A stretch of DNA of 64,000 nucleotides, from IMG/VR virus record IMGVR_UViG_3300026473_000011, positions 9,411 through 73,410 of that record, one strand, 5' to 3'. The position numbers were made by a program, and so were the translations under genes. Numbering within the stretch: position 1 is the first letter of the stretch; every line of letters begins with the position of its first letter. Shown one piece after another: positions 9,729-19,556 of this stretch. This DNA comes from a virus. The notes beneath the pieces were generated by a model that made no database searches, was not told where the DNA came from, and saw nothing but the letters and a program-made list of their open reading frames with translations.

Positions 9729-11258
9729 TTAAACGCTTGGACCATCTTCCATTCCCAGCCGCTTCATCCAGTTTGAAAGTGTCTGGTGATTGGTGAATCC
9801 GAGTAGCTTCGCCGCCCCTGCTTTGCGCCATCCGGTTTTTTGAAGTGTCTGCTTGATGCAGTCGCGGGCAATTTCATCCAGGTAGTCTTGCAAAGTAAGC
9901 CCATCACTAAGAACTGGCCGATGGAATGAATTGGTTTCATTGGAAACAGGCAGTAATGCCGACTGAATATCCTGCCCCGTCAGTTCAGCTCCTTGGGACC
10001 ATATCACCGCGCGCAGCAACGTGTGATAGAGCTCACGCACATTGCCAGGCCATGCATAGCTCTGAATCGCCCTCGCGGCTTCTTTGGTCAGGTGTTTTTG
10101 TTGAGCCTCCGGCTTACCGGCTGCATCTGCATTGATATTGCCCAGGAAGTGCTGAGCAAGTAGCATCACATCGCCTGTCCGGCTGCGAAGCGGTGGCAGC
10201 TGAAGAATGCCAACTGCAAGACGGTGAAATAGATCTTCCCTGAATCGACCCGCCGCCACATCAGCGGCCAAATTCCGGTGAGTTGCGGCCAAAATGCGCG
10301 TATTGATTGGGACAGGCTTTGATTGCCCCATGGGTGTAATCTCTTGAGACTGCAAGGCTCGCAGAAGGCGAACTTGTGTATCCAACGGCAGATCTCCTAC
10401 CTCATCAAGGAAGAGCGTTCCACCAGATGCCTCCAGAAAACAACCTTTTCTGTCATTGGTGGCACCTGTGAACGCCCCCTTTTTATGACCAAACAACTCC
10501 GAGTTAGCCATCTCTGGAGATATGGCTCCGCAATTCACAGCGATAAAGGGACGATCTGCTCTTGAGCTTGCTGCATGAATCGCCTCTGCGAACAACTCTT
10601 TGCCCGTACCGGTTTCGCCAAGAATCAAGACTGGAACATCGTATGCAGCAATGCGTCGGGCCAGGCTAATCTGATCCGCGACAACCTGACTTCGGTGAAT
10701 AATTTTTTCGAACTCTGGCGCAAGCAACTGAACGGCGCCTGTGAGTCGGTTAACCCGATCGCCGGTGCGCTGCAGGTACTCGGGTAAGAAGTCGTTAGCA
10801 AGATCGAAGGGGAAATCGACCGTCTCGACACCTCTCTCTCTAGATGTCTGGATCAGCTTGGCTGGAAAGCGAGTTTTGGCCAGAATGATCCAAATGGCCG
10901 CCATGGCTGGCGTGCCAGGACTTAGGTGAAAAGTCAGTGAAACGTCATCATGCGGGAGACCAGCTTGACTGAGATTTGAGCTGACCTGGGTATAAATATC
11001 CGAGTAATCAATTGGGCTGACTAGATCGACGCTATATAGATCAATCGCCGAGGCTTGGTACCCAGTGATTGACTCGAGCCAGACGCAGAAATTCCGGCTG
11101 CGTTCAAAGTCATAGTTGGACAACAGATAGACCCTGTCATACAGGGGTTGGCCGAGCAAGGCTGTGGCAATCGGCCCTAGATCCGCACCTCTCCTGCTCT
11201 CGGCGCACTCGTGATCAGCTGCACCGATCCACGCAACAAGCCAAGACTTTGAGTTCAT
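9729..11258 (-). CDS. RtcR-like sigma-54 enhancer-binding protein (CARF-like N-domain, AAA+, HTH)
   Basis: [35 protein letters not shown]; N-terminal [10 protein letters not shown]. Confidence 0.9.
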   Translation of the reverse strand: MNSKSWLVAWIGAADHECAESRRGADLGPIATALLGQPLYDRVYLLSNYDFERSRNFCVWLESITGYQASAIDLYSVDLVSPIDYSDIYTQVSSNLSQAGLPHDDVSLTFHLSPGTPAMAAIWIILAKTRFPAKLIQTSRERGVETVDFPFDLANDFLPEYLQRTGDRVNRLTGAVQLLAPEFEKIIHRSQVVADQISLARRIAAYDVPVLILGETGTGKELFAEAIHAASSRADRPFIAVNCGAISPEMANSELFGHKKGAFTGATNDRKGCFLEASGGTLFLDEVGDLPLDTQVRLLRALQSQEITPMGQSKPVPINTRILAATHRNLAADVAAGRFREDLFHRLAVGILQLPPLRSRTGDVMLLAQHFLGNINADAAGKPEAQQKHLTKEAARAIQSYAWPGNVRELYHTLLRAVIWSQGAELTGQDIQSALLPVSNETNSFHRPVLSDGLTLQDYLDEIARDCIKQTLQKTGWRKAGAAKLLGFTNHQTLSNWMKRLGMEDGPSV

Positions 11259-11380
11259 TCTTAGAATGATATGCTAACAAGCCACTCCGTTGCGGCTGGA
11301 GCCGACTCTCAAAATTCAGTTGCCAATTGAGATGAGCGATTCAGTATGAGGCTGTTGCCTCACATTAACTAAAGGTCATT

Positions 11381-12430
11381 ATGCAAATGAAAAAGTCGAA
11401 TGAGGCGAAGGGAACCAGTTTGAGTGATCTTGGAAAGCTAAGGAATTCTCTGAAAAGTGCTGATTTTCAAGAGCAGATCAAGCTAAAGGTCAGTCAATCA
11501 CCTTTGCTGGTGGTTCACGTGCCAAGCCAGGAACATGCCAACTGCGACTCCCTTCCGCTGCGGTATGGTATGCATTTTGAGACAGACTCGACGATTACTC
11601 TGAGTCGAATCACTATTACAAACAAACCCCAGAAAAACACAGACCGCATTAGCCTTGACGCATATTTTCTGGATTCAAACAACAAAGAGCAGTTTGGGCA
11701 CTTCATAGTTGGCGCTCGCAGGGGCTATGACGAACCGGTTCTCGTCACAGTTTGGCGTCACGATGCAGACACGGAGGAGCATCTCTCTGATGTCATGCGG
11801 AGCCTCCGGGAATGCGACTTGCTCTCACCTCAGGCTCTAATGGAGCTTCACCCCGATTACATCAGCGGAGACATCTCCAAGCACGCAGACCTCGTGATGA
11901 TTCTTGGGAAGAGGATGAGTGACGAGCAAATTAAAAAAATGGGAGAGGCTGTTAGTGCATCAGAACAAAGGACAAACGCGGCGATTGCAGAGCGGAATCA
12001 AGCACTGGAAATTGCCGAGACATTGAAGGGGACGGTTCAGCAGCTGAATGAGGTCAACGCCACTCAAAGCAGCACCATTGCAGAGCAGAGATCAACCATC
12101 CAAATGCAACAGATGGACATTGATCGACTCAAGCGTGAGCAACAAGCAGCACAGAGATCGGACAGTCAAGTCACCTTGTCTCCACCGGATCTACTGGTGG
12201 ATGTGCTTGAGAGACAAATTTATCGAGGATCGAGCTGCACAATCCTTGTCATGGGCGACAACACCCGACGGCACATGAAGACAACGACATTTGACCCAAC
12301 TGGATCAGTGACCGCGCATGCAATAAGTCTGAAGGGCAAGCGTGTTCGTATTTCTTGCTGGGATCCAATTAGTCAGCCTGGAAAGTGGAGCAGCCAAGGC
12401 TATTTCAGGAATGTGTATGCCGTTGAATAA
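11381..12430 (+). CDS. Unknown protein with central coiled coil, paralog B
   Basis: 349 aa; homologous to 7901..8875. Confidence 0.85.
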   Translation: MQMKKSNEAKGTSLSDLGKLRNSLKSADFQEQIKLKVSQSPLLVVHVPSQEHANCDSLPLRYGMHFETDSTITLSRITITNKPQKNTDRISLDAYFLDSNNKEQFGHFIVGARRGYDEPVLVTVWRHDADTEEHLSDVMRSLRECDLLSPQALMELHPDYISGDISKHADLVMILGKRMSDEQIKKMGEAVSASEQRTNAAIAERNQALEIAETLKGTVQQLNEVNATQSSTIAEQRSTIQMQQMDIDRLKREQQAAQRSDSQVTLSPPDLLVDVLERQIYRGSSCTILVMGDNTRRHMKTTTFDPTGSVTAHAISLKGKRVRISCWDPISQPGKWSSQGYFRNVYAVE

Positions 12431-12735
12431 CTCACCTGCCGACTTGTTTATGCAGCGATTACTGACCGTGGAATTCTGAAACTGAATTCATGCTAACTGG
12501 TGCCAAGCGTTCTTACCGGGTTCAACTCCCCTATGCCTAGCCACTGGCAAGGTCCAACCCAATCGCCGGAACCCGCTTGATTACTTGCTCATGCTAACGG
12601 ACACGTCCACAAGGCGACAGAGAAAAAAGAGAGAAATGTGGTCTCTGAGGACAAAAATCGGGGAAATCTGACCCGTCGCGTCCACAAGAAAAAACGCGGA
12701 GGCCCGCAGAAACAGGGCCTTCCGGGAAAGAAAAA

Positions 12736-12760
12736 GGGGGACAGAGAAAATCTGTCCCCC
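12736..12760. repeat. Perfect hairpin/inverted repeat
   Basis: GGGGGACAGA-GAAAA-TCTGTCCCCC. Confidence 0.7.
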
Positions 12761-12912
12761 GTGTGTGGTGGTGGATGGTTGACCACTAGAAAATTCTCTC
12801 TTCGTACTCAAGCGTGCGTGGTAGCAAATGAGCGGTAGTAGATCATAAGCCACTGGACTTCCGGGAGGAAGTACGCGTGAATGCAGCTCCGTTATCTTAA
12901 GGAGCATGCAAA

Positions 12913-13320
12913 GTGAGCACAAGCCTAACTGAAATCGAACTTGCAGCTCGATGGGCCATGAGTCCCAAGACCCTCCAGCGCTGGCGTTCGACACACCGGG
13001 GCCCTGAATACCTCAAGCTTGGCAAGAAGATTCAGTACCCGCTGGCGGCCATCGAGGATTACGAGAACCAAATCAGAACCAACATTGCGTTCGCAGGTGC
13101 CGAAGAAATTTTGCTCTTTCTCCAGCAAGCTGGCCAAGCTGACCTCGATCAGATCCGCGCTGCATGTCTGGGCGGCAAAAAGTCACGCGGCCAAATCCAG
13201 AATCACCTTTATCGGTTGACGCGCTGCACACCACCTCGGATCAAGGCCACCATGCTGGCACTGGAACCGAGCTCTCCGGTCATGACTGTCGTCTACAGCC
13301 TTTGCTCAGACGATGCTTAA
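12913..13320 (+). CDS. AlpA/excisionase-like HTH protein
   Basis: LTEIELAARWAMSPKTLQRWR...GPEYLKLG; AGGAG RBS with GTG start. Confidence 0.8.
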   Translation: MSTSLTEIELAARWAMSPKTLQRWRSTHRGPEYLKLGKKIQYPLAAIEDYENQIRTNIAFAGAEEILLFLQQAGQADLDQIRAACLGGKKSRGQIQNHLYRLTRCTPPRIKATMLALEPSSPVMTVVYSLCSDDA

Positions 13321-13951
13321 TCGGCCGCTGTCCTCACAAGATCTTGCCGATCGATGGGGCATTCCCACAGGCACCTTAGCCCTTTGGCGGCAACACGGAA
13401 AAGGCCCCTGCTTCATTCAAGTCGGAAGACTGATCCGCTACCCCGTTGCTGAAGTCGAGGCATTTGAACGTCGGATGAAAAATGAACGCTCCTGGAGCAA
13501 ACGCATCTCAGTCACTGCATTAATGGAAATGCCGATCAAAAAGATTGGCCGCTTGCGGCGATCCAAATTTTCTGAGAAGAAATCACAAGCCATCATCCAG
13601 ACCTACCTCACCCACTTGTCCGACCGTCAGCCTTCCTGCTGCCAGCGAAAAGCCATTGATGACTTCAGAACCCTAATGACGCTCAGCATCACCTCCCGCG
13701 ATTCCGACGAGATTGAACTAGGAGACCACAGGGAAAATTTGACGCCTGAAGTACTTTTTGTCGACTTGATCAACAACCTCGAGAAAACAAGCGCTCTGGT
13801 CAACGCTGTATTGGATCAGGCATGCAGCAAGTTACGCCACCTCAATCGCCCCGAACTTCTACGGGCGGTCGGCAACTTCGGCGACATGGTCACACGCCGC
13901 AGAGTCAATGCACTTCTCTTTCATAACTTCAAATCCGGCATTAGGAATTGA
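13313..13951 (+). CDS. AlpA/excisionase-like HTH protein with C-terminal extension
   Basis: DLADRWGIPTGTLALWRQHGKGPCFIQVGRLIRY. Confidence 0.75.
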   Translation: MLNRPLSSQDLADRWGIPTGTLALWRQHGKGPCFIQVGRLIRYPVAEVEAFERRMKNERSWSKRISVTALMEMPIKKIGRLRRSKFSEKKSQAIIQTYLTHLSDRQPSCCQRKAIDDFRTLMTLSITSRDSDEIELGDHRENLTPEVLFVDLINNLEKTSALVNAVLDQACSKLRHLNRPELLRAVGNFGDMVTRRRVNALLFHNFKSGIRN

Positions 13952-14022
13952 ACCGACGTCCACACATCCGAATCAGATGTCCCCTCGGCCATGTGGATGT
14001 CGTTTTGCCGATTCGGCCGAAT

Positions 14023-15138
14023 TCAATTTGACAGCTCATAGCTCGTGCTGCGCCCGCCACCAGGCGCTTTCTTGAGCACCCCCAGCTCCAGCAACTGAGT
14101 GATGTCGCGCAATGCGGAGTCGGGCGAGCATTTGGCGATGGCAGCCCACTTGCTGCTGGTGAGTTTGCCTTCGAAGCCATCGAGCAAACGGTTGATCAGT
14201 TTCACCTGCCGCTCGTTCAGTGGCGTGCCTGCCCACCGTTGCCAGAAGCGCGCCTTGACCAGCACCGCATCCAGAGTGGTTTGCGCACTGTCCAGAGCGC
14301 GCGCCAATGTGCCAAGGAACCACGACAGCCAACCGGTGACGTCGAGTGTGCCTTTTTGTGTGCGTTCGAGCACATCGTAGTAGTCCCGACGATCCCGTTG
14401 GATTTGTGCAGACAGGCTGTAAAAACGTTGTGGACTGCCATCGGCGCGTGCAAGAAAGAGGTCTCCCACCGCTCGGGCGATGCGACCGTTGCCATCATCA
14501 AAGGGGTGCAAGGTCACGAACCACAGATGCGCCAAGCCCGCTTTGATGAGTAGCGGCTCGCCCGTTTCCTCGTTGGCCCAGGAGAGAAAGCGCTTCATTT
14601 CGTCAGGCAGACCCCGCGCGGGTGGTGCCTGAAAGTGGACCTTGCGCCGCCCTGTCGGGCCAGAGACAACTTGCATTGGCCCATCGGCATCATCACGCCA
14701 TTGGCCGACCGCGATTTTGCTCATGCCGGAGTACCCGGTGGGAAACAGTGCCGCATGCCAACCGAACAGTCGATCAGAAGTCAGCGATTCGCAGCTGCGT
14801 GTGGTGGCGTCAAGCACCATCTCAACCACGCCTTCGATGTGCCGATCCACCGGTGCAACCGCGCCAATGTCCACGCCCAGACGGCGTGCGATGGACGAAC
14901 GCACAGATTCGACATTGAGCACCTCGCCTTCGATTTCACTGGTCTTGACCACATCTTCTGTCAACGCAGCAAGACTGGCCTGGTCGCGTAATGCCAGCCC
15001 TACGTCTGCCAAACGACCCAGCAATACACCTTGAGAACGACTGACATGCGCCAACAGCCCGGCCAGAATTGACAAGTCGTAACGCCAGTTGGGCCAGCTG
15101 TCGGTCTGCCAGATGTAGAGTTTTTCTCCGCTATTCAT
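14023..15138 (-). CDS. Fic family protein (DUF4172-type N-terminus, C-terminal HTH)
   Basis: HPFDDGNGRIAR; YIWQ...WP N-terminus; GGGRSTSY end. Confidence 0.93.
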   Translation of the reverse strand: MNSGEKLYIWQTDSWPNWRYDLSILAGLLAHVSRSQGVLLGRLADVGLALRDQASLAALTEDVVKTSEIEGEVLNVESVRSSIARRLGVDIGAVAPVDRHIEGVVEMVLDATTRSCESLTSDRLFGWHAALFPTGYSGMSKIAVGQWRDDADGPMQVVSGPTGRRKVHFQAPPARGLPDEMKRFLSWANEETGEPLLIKAGLAHLWFVTLHPFDDGNGRIARAVGDLFLARADGSPQRFYSLSAQIQRDRRDYYDVLERTQKGTLDVTGWLSWFLGTLARALDSAQTTLDAVLVKARFWQRWAGTPLNERQVKLINRLLDGFEGKLTSSKWAAIAKCSPDSALRDITQLLELGVLKKAPGGGRSTSYELSN

Positions 15139-15201
15139 GCGGCAATTAAACACCCAATTTCCCGCAAAAACAAGTCATAGACCGCATTTTTTGCGGGAAA
15201 T
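15128..15201. promoter_or_regulatory. Operator-like repeats at the fic promoter
   Basis: 14-bp IR ATTTCCCGCAAAAA/TTTTTGCGGGAAAT (15157-15201); CCGC-N7-GCGG boxes at 15128-15142 and 15182-15196. Confidence 0.55.
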
Positions 15202-15465
15202 AAGTTAAATATTCACCGCAATCAGTCCTCGATGCACGGTCAATGACTGAGTTAATTAACTCAACAAAGCACAAATGGGGAAATGGCCGTCCTCCTCTTT
15301 GCCGATCATTGTGGGCAATTCTGTATCACCTAAGCTGCAAATAGTCTTCTGGATTTGAACCCACATCTACAAGTCGTCTGGCTAAGTGCATCTTCAACAC
15401 CCCGCCTAAATCGGACTCTTTCCACACTTAATGGCAATATGGACTAACTATCACCGGAGACCAAA

Positions 15466-16080
15466 ATGAACGATCAAAGTCACAGCGCCACCATGGAGGA
15501 CAAACAGCGTTATGTGGCGCTGGACCTTGAATACAACCAACCCAGCGGGACCATCATCCAAGTTGGCGTCGCCATCGGTAGCGCTTCGCAAAACCAGCAA
15601 CAGTACATTGTCCGGCGATGGAATCTGCAAGTGGATGAGCCCATCACCGAGTTCATTACACAACTCACGGGCATCACCAATGAAGACTGCAGTGCAGGCG
15701 TGGGCCTCGCGCAATGTGCGCAAGAGCTTGGAGACCTACTGCGTGAGCAAGACGTATTCGTCAATCCAGTCACTTGGGGTGGAGGGGACTCGGCCGACCT
15801 GCTACGGGCGTTCGCTCAAGCGCAGATCGAGTTTCATCATTTCGGCCGTCGCTGGATTGATGTAAAGACTTGGACCACATTGCTGTCATTGGCGCGAACG
15901 CCCACTGCCACAGTTCAGCATGGCGGCTTGTCCAAGGCCATGGCGCGCTACAAGCTTCAGTTCGTGGGCAAAGCCCACCGCGCTGATGTCGATGCGTTTA
16001 ATACGCTGCGACTGTTTTTTGCCATCCTAGATCGTCAGCGCACCCTTGAAGGATGCGCCGCACAGATGAAAAATCTTTAA
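15466..16080 (+). CDS. DEDDh 3'-5' exonuclease
   Basis: ALDLEY, TWGGGD, HRADVDA. Confidence 0.85.
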   Translation: MNDQSHSATMEDKQRYVALDLEYNQPSGTIIQVGVAIGSASQNQQQYIVRRWNLQVDEPITEFITQLTGITNEDCSAGVGLAQCAQELGDLLREQDVFVNPVTWGGGDSADLLRAFAQAQIEFHHFGRRWIDVKTWTTLLSLARTPTATVQHGGLSKAMARYKLQFVGKAHRADVDAFNTLRLFFAILDRQRTLEGCAAQMKNL

Positions 16081-16145
16081 ACGAAAAGTGCGCAGCGACA
16101 CAACTTCAAACCCGGCCGGGAGAATTGAACCCAAATCCACAGCTA

Positions 16146-16454
16146 TCACTTTTGGCTAGCATGCAACGGCTGTGCATGGAGCTTGATTCCCAGTGCAGCA
16201 GTGACTTTCAGGATAGTGGCGAAGCTGGGGTTACCTTCCCCTGACAACGCCTTGTAGAGGCTTTCCCTACCCAGACCCGTATCGCGCGAAAGTTGCGACA
16301 TGCCCTTGGCTCGGGCAATGGTGCCCAGCGCCTTGGCAATAAAGGCGGCATCATCACCCGCCTCTTGCAGGCAAGCTTCCAAGTAAAGTGCCATGTCCTC
16401 ATCCGATTTGAGGTGTTCTGCACTATCCCATTTCCGTAGCTTAAGAGCAGTCAT
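16146..16454 (-). CDS. Addiction module antidote, HI1420-type HTH
   Basis: WDSAEHL...ALGTIARAKGMSQLSRDTGLGRESLYKALSGEGNPSF. Confidence 0.92.
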   Translation of the reverse strand: MTALKLRKWDSAEHLKSDEDMALYLEACLQEAGDDAAFIAKALGTIARAKGMSQLSRDTGLGRESLYKALSGEGNPSFATILKVTAALGIKLHAQPLHASQK

Positions 16455-16469
16455 CTGCCACTCCTTCAT

Positions 16470-16554
16470 TTGACGCTCCAGATCTCGCAGCGTGCAATAG
16501 ACCCGAAAGCCTGAATCAAGGCAAACTGTATCAATTGGGATACATTGATGTCAA
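16470..16554 (-). pseudogene. Possible remnant of the cognate RelE/HI1419-type toxin plus retained operator/promoter
   Basis: A short stretch translates SGFRVYCT (cf. PGYRVYF); palindrome TGTATC-N6-GATACA at 16527-16544; TTGACA at 16549-16554. Confidence 0.4.
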
Positions 16555-16868
16555 TCCCACCGAAACGGCAAAACCAACTTCATCACCTCAACATTAAAGA
16601 AGTCTTTAATTTGCCAGCGCACATTCAAGAGCTCTTTAAAAAGCCTATAGCACTGACCACAATGCTGCCCAAAAGCTGTGCTACGGACTGAGCGTCGCGA
16701 TGGAGCTCCAAGTGCACTGCTACGGTGTACCGGCTGGCCATGCCATAGTGGGCTCCACCCCTACAGAAATTGCCATTAGATTGGCATGTACTACTCATGC
16801 AACTCATTGACATGTATGATTTTTTCTGTAAAATAAGTGTGAAGTAACCACCCCCATTGGAAGCAGGC

Positions 16869-17528
16869 ATGAAGGTCGTTGACAGGCTTCGTAGATCCAT
16901 TGCCCAACGTCATGACCGAGTGATTCTTCGCTCAGAATTGACGGGGATGTGCAGCCCCTCCCAGCTCACCAATGCTTTGACTCAGCTCATCAATGAAGGA
17001 TCCCTGATGCGGGTGAGCTCCGGGGTCTACTCCAAAGGGAACATGAGCTCTGAAAATTCAGCTCTCTCGCCCTCTGGAGTTCAAGACATAGCGGCAGAAG
17101 TCTTCAGAAAATTAGGCCGTTCCATTAAAAGCGTCAGAACTGAATCAGATCCCAACCATGCAGTAGTTGTCATTGACGGAGGAAGTCATCGACTCAGCCG
17201 CAAATTCAAAATTGGCGATACCAAGATCGAATACTCGAGTCCGAAAACCACATGCCAAGCCCCCATCAATCTCCCCGATGACGTGGATGCTTTGCCCAAG
17301 AAAAATGTGAGCGATTTTGTCTACAGATTCGCACAGTCACGTCACGTGACTTTCAAGCGCTCTGGACTGGACCAGTGGGCAGAGGCAGTTACCCGTGCTG
17401 CCGGAGACGACGTGAAGCTGGATGAGACCGGCAAGCTTCTGGTCACCCTTAAAAAGAAGCATTTCATCAATGGACGGCAGATGGCTCGCTTGATGACAAA
17501 TCATCTGAGAGAGCACCATCGTGCTTGA
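16869..17528 (+). CDS. AbiEi-like wHTH protein with extra C-terminal domain, probable antitoxin
   Basis: ALTQLINEGSLMRVSSGVY; overlaps the fic start. Confidence 0.65.
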   Translation: MKVVDRLRRSIAQRHDRVILRSELTGMCSPSQLTNALTQLINEGSLMRVSSGVYSKGNMSSENSALSPSGVQDIAAEVFRKLGRSIKSVRTESDPNHAVVVIDGGSHRLSRKFKIGDTKIEYSSPKTTCQAPINLPDDVDALPKKNVSDFVYRFAQSRHVTFKRSGLDQWAEAVTRAAGDDVKLDETGKLLVTLKKKHFINGRQMARLMTNHLREHHRA

Positions 17529-18294
17529 TCCATTTGGTGACTTCGAAACCCGAGGCTATTTACAAAACGTTGAAGGCCTCAAAAACCTGGATGAAGTCAA
17601 GGTGTTGGAACACACCTTCTTCGAGGCCAACCTGGAAGACGCATTCCATTTTTTGAGGGAAATTAAGGGAGCACTGACCTACAAGCACTTCCTGAAGGTC
17701 CACTACATTCTGTTTAATGACTTCTACCCATGGGCGGGGCAAGACAGATTGCAGCTGGGCGTGGGCTCCCTCGTCGAAAAAGGGAATTTTCAATTTGAAG
17801 AGTCGTCTATGGCACAGCGCGCCGTCGAGTGGGGCCTGGAAATGGGAAACAACCCGGCAGTGTTGACCAAAAAGCCTGGCGTGGTGATGGGGCAGTTTGC
17901 ATGGGGCCACCCATTCCTTGATGGCAACGGGCGAACAATGTTGCTTGTTCACACAGAGCTATGCGCTCGAGCCAACTTCTCGATTGATTGGACGAACTCC
18001 AAGAAGGCAGACTACCTCCAAGCTTTAACCAATGAGCTGAGAACGCCGGACAAAGGTCTGCTGGATGCCTACTTCCAGCCGTTGATTCAGAAATTGCCCG
18101 AACGAAAAGTTTGGATTGAGCACATCAAAACTTTGTCTGGACTAGATGGTGCAAATACTGAAGACGACAACATGTCGTACACCGCTGATGATGCGCTGGC
18201 CAGACAGCGCTACGAAGAGGCCAACAAGCTGAGAAAAAGAAGCCTGCAAGGCCATCCGAATCCAGCAAGTGAGATTACCTCTCGGGACGTCTAA
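17521..18294 (+). CDS. Fic/DOC cell filamentation protein
   Basis: YPWAG, HPFLDGNGRT. Confidence 0.9.
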   Translation: MLDPFGDFETRGYLQNVEGLKNLDEVKVLEHTFFEANLEDAFHFLREIKGALTYKHFLKVHYILFNDFYPWAGQDRLQLGVGSLVEKGNFQFEESSMAQRAVEWGLEMGNNPAVLTKKPGVVMGQFAWGHPFLDGNGRTMLLVHTELCARANFSIDWTNSKKADYLQALTNELRTPDKGLLDAYFQPLIQKLPERKVWIEHIKTLSGLDGANTEDDNMSYTADDALARQRYEEANKLRKRSLQGHPNPASEITSRDV

Positions 18295-19420
18295 AGTCGA
18301 AGCGAACTACATATGACGATGGCAACATTTCGCTCTGCTTGTAGAGTTCATCTGCAAGCATTGGGCGCAATTCAAACGGTTTTCCAGTAGCGTCGAAGAA
18401 CACCAGATAGAAAAAATATGCTCTTTGGTGTTCTTTTGAGATAGAGACTATGTGTTCGTTATCTGACAAGAAAAAACGGTGACCTTCACCACCGGGAAGC
18501 TTACCAACTGCCTTGACCTCGATACATCGTTGTAGCTTTGGCGACGAATGCGACAGAAAGTCATAGCCATAGCCGGGCCGATCTCTCCGATCTTCAATTT
18601 TTAAGACAAGTTCCGGCTGGCCAATTCCTACTAGACGCTGCCGTTCCCATTCGAGTGCATACGCCTCCGCCATCTTGCCGATTCGGTCTCGCTGATTCTG
18701 AATATCTTCGAAATTGACCTTGCGATGGAATTTCCTCTTCGGTACAAGGACTGTTGCCACCGATTTTCGGTCATCGTTTCTGAAATAGGTTTGGTACAGG
18801 AACGACATGAACTTTGGATTGCTCCATGTTCGAGTGGTCTTGTTCGAAAACTTGGCAACCAATAGCGAGTGTTGATATTCGCTGGACGAACGATCATCGC
18901 CAAAACCAAGCGCCGCCCCGAGCATTGCCAGATGATCTGCACTACAGACATTAAGGAAACGGTCAGGGAAGTACAGACTCAGAATCTTGGCTTTGAACAT
19001 CTGAGACAGCGGATTCTTGTCAATTTCACCAAAATCCAACTGAGATGCTTGTCCAAGCCGAATTAGCTGCAACACAGCAGTCTTTACGGAATGAAACGCA
19101 TCGTCTTTTGTTTCTCCAAATCGGCGAACGAAGCGATATTTCTTTTGAGGATCTGTTTTTGTTTTCCCGAAGTAGATACCGAACTTCTCAGAAGTTGCCC
19201 CTTGGATATTTGCCCACGGCCTAGTTTTAGCTTCAACATGTGCACAAAACGTCGGTCGCTGATGACCAATGACGTAATCGTCGAGTTCTAGGCGTGGAAG
19301 TCTCCCCAAAGGAAACGCTTTGAGAAATTCACCGCGCGCTTGAGCGGCAACATCCTCACGGGTCACGTCATAAGTGCTCTCAAAGGCACTCAAATGCACT
19401 GCATCGAATCTAAGCATCAT
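18275..19420 (-). CDS. DUF3883 PD-(D/E)XK nuclease domain protein
   Basis: IGKMAE...GYGYDFLS...IEVKA...FFLSDNE. Confidence 0.8.
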   Translation of the reverse strand: MMLRFDAVHLSAFESTYDVTREDVAAQARGEFLKAFPLGRLPRLELDDYVIGHQRPTFCAHVEAKTRPWANIQGATSEKFGIYFGKTKTDPQKKYRFVRRFGETKDDAFHSVKTAVLQLIRLGQASQLDFGEIDKNPLSQMFKAKILSLYFPDRFLNVCSADHLAMLGAALGFGDDRSSSEYQHSLLVAKFSNKTTRTWSNPKFMSFLYQTYFRNDDRKSVATVLVPKRKFHRKVNFEDIQNQRDRIGKMAEAYALEWERQRLVGIGQPELVLKIEDRRDRPGYGYDFLSHSSPKLQRCIEVKAVGKLPGGEGHRFFLSDNEHIVSISKEHQRAYFFYLVFFDATGKPFELRPMLADELYKQSEMLPSSYVVRFDFRRPER

Positions 19421-19556
19421 TTATCCCATCATTATTTAGACGGCTAGATTAGCGTACGACTCGGTTTTTCTCACAATCTTGTTGTGTTAGCAAAATTACG
19501 GTTTTTTGATTTGATAATTTTTCGACTCAATTGATCAAGCAGCGTAGACCTGCAGG

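Noticed and set aside
12490-12550. tRNA/tmRNA-like GGGTTCAACTCCC
   Set aside because: Only a T-arm-like hairpin; no acceptor stem or cloverleaf could be built.
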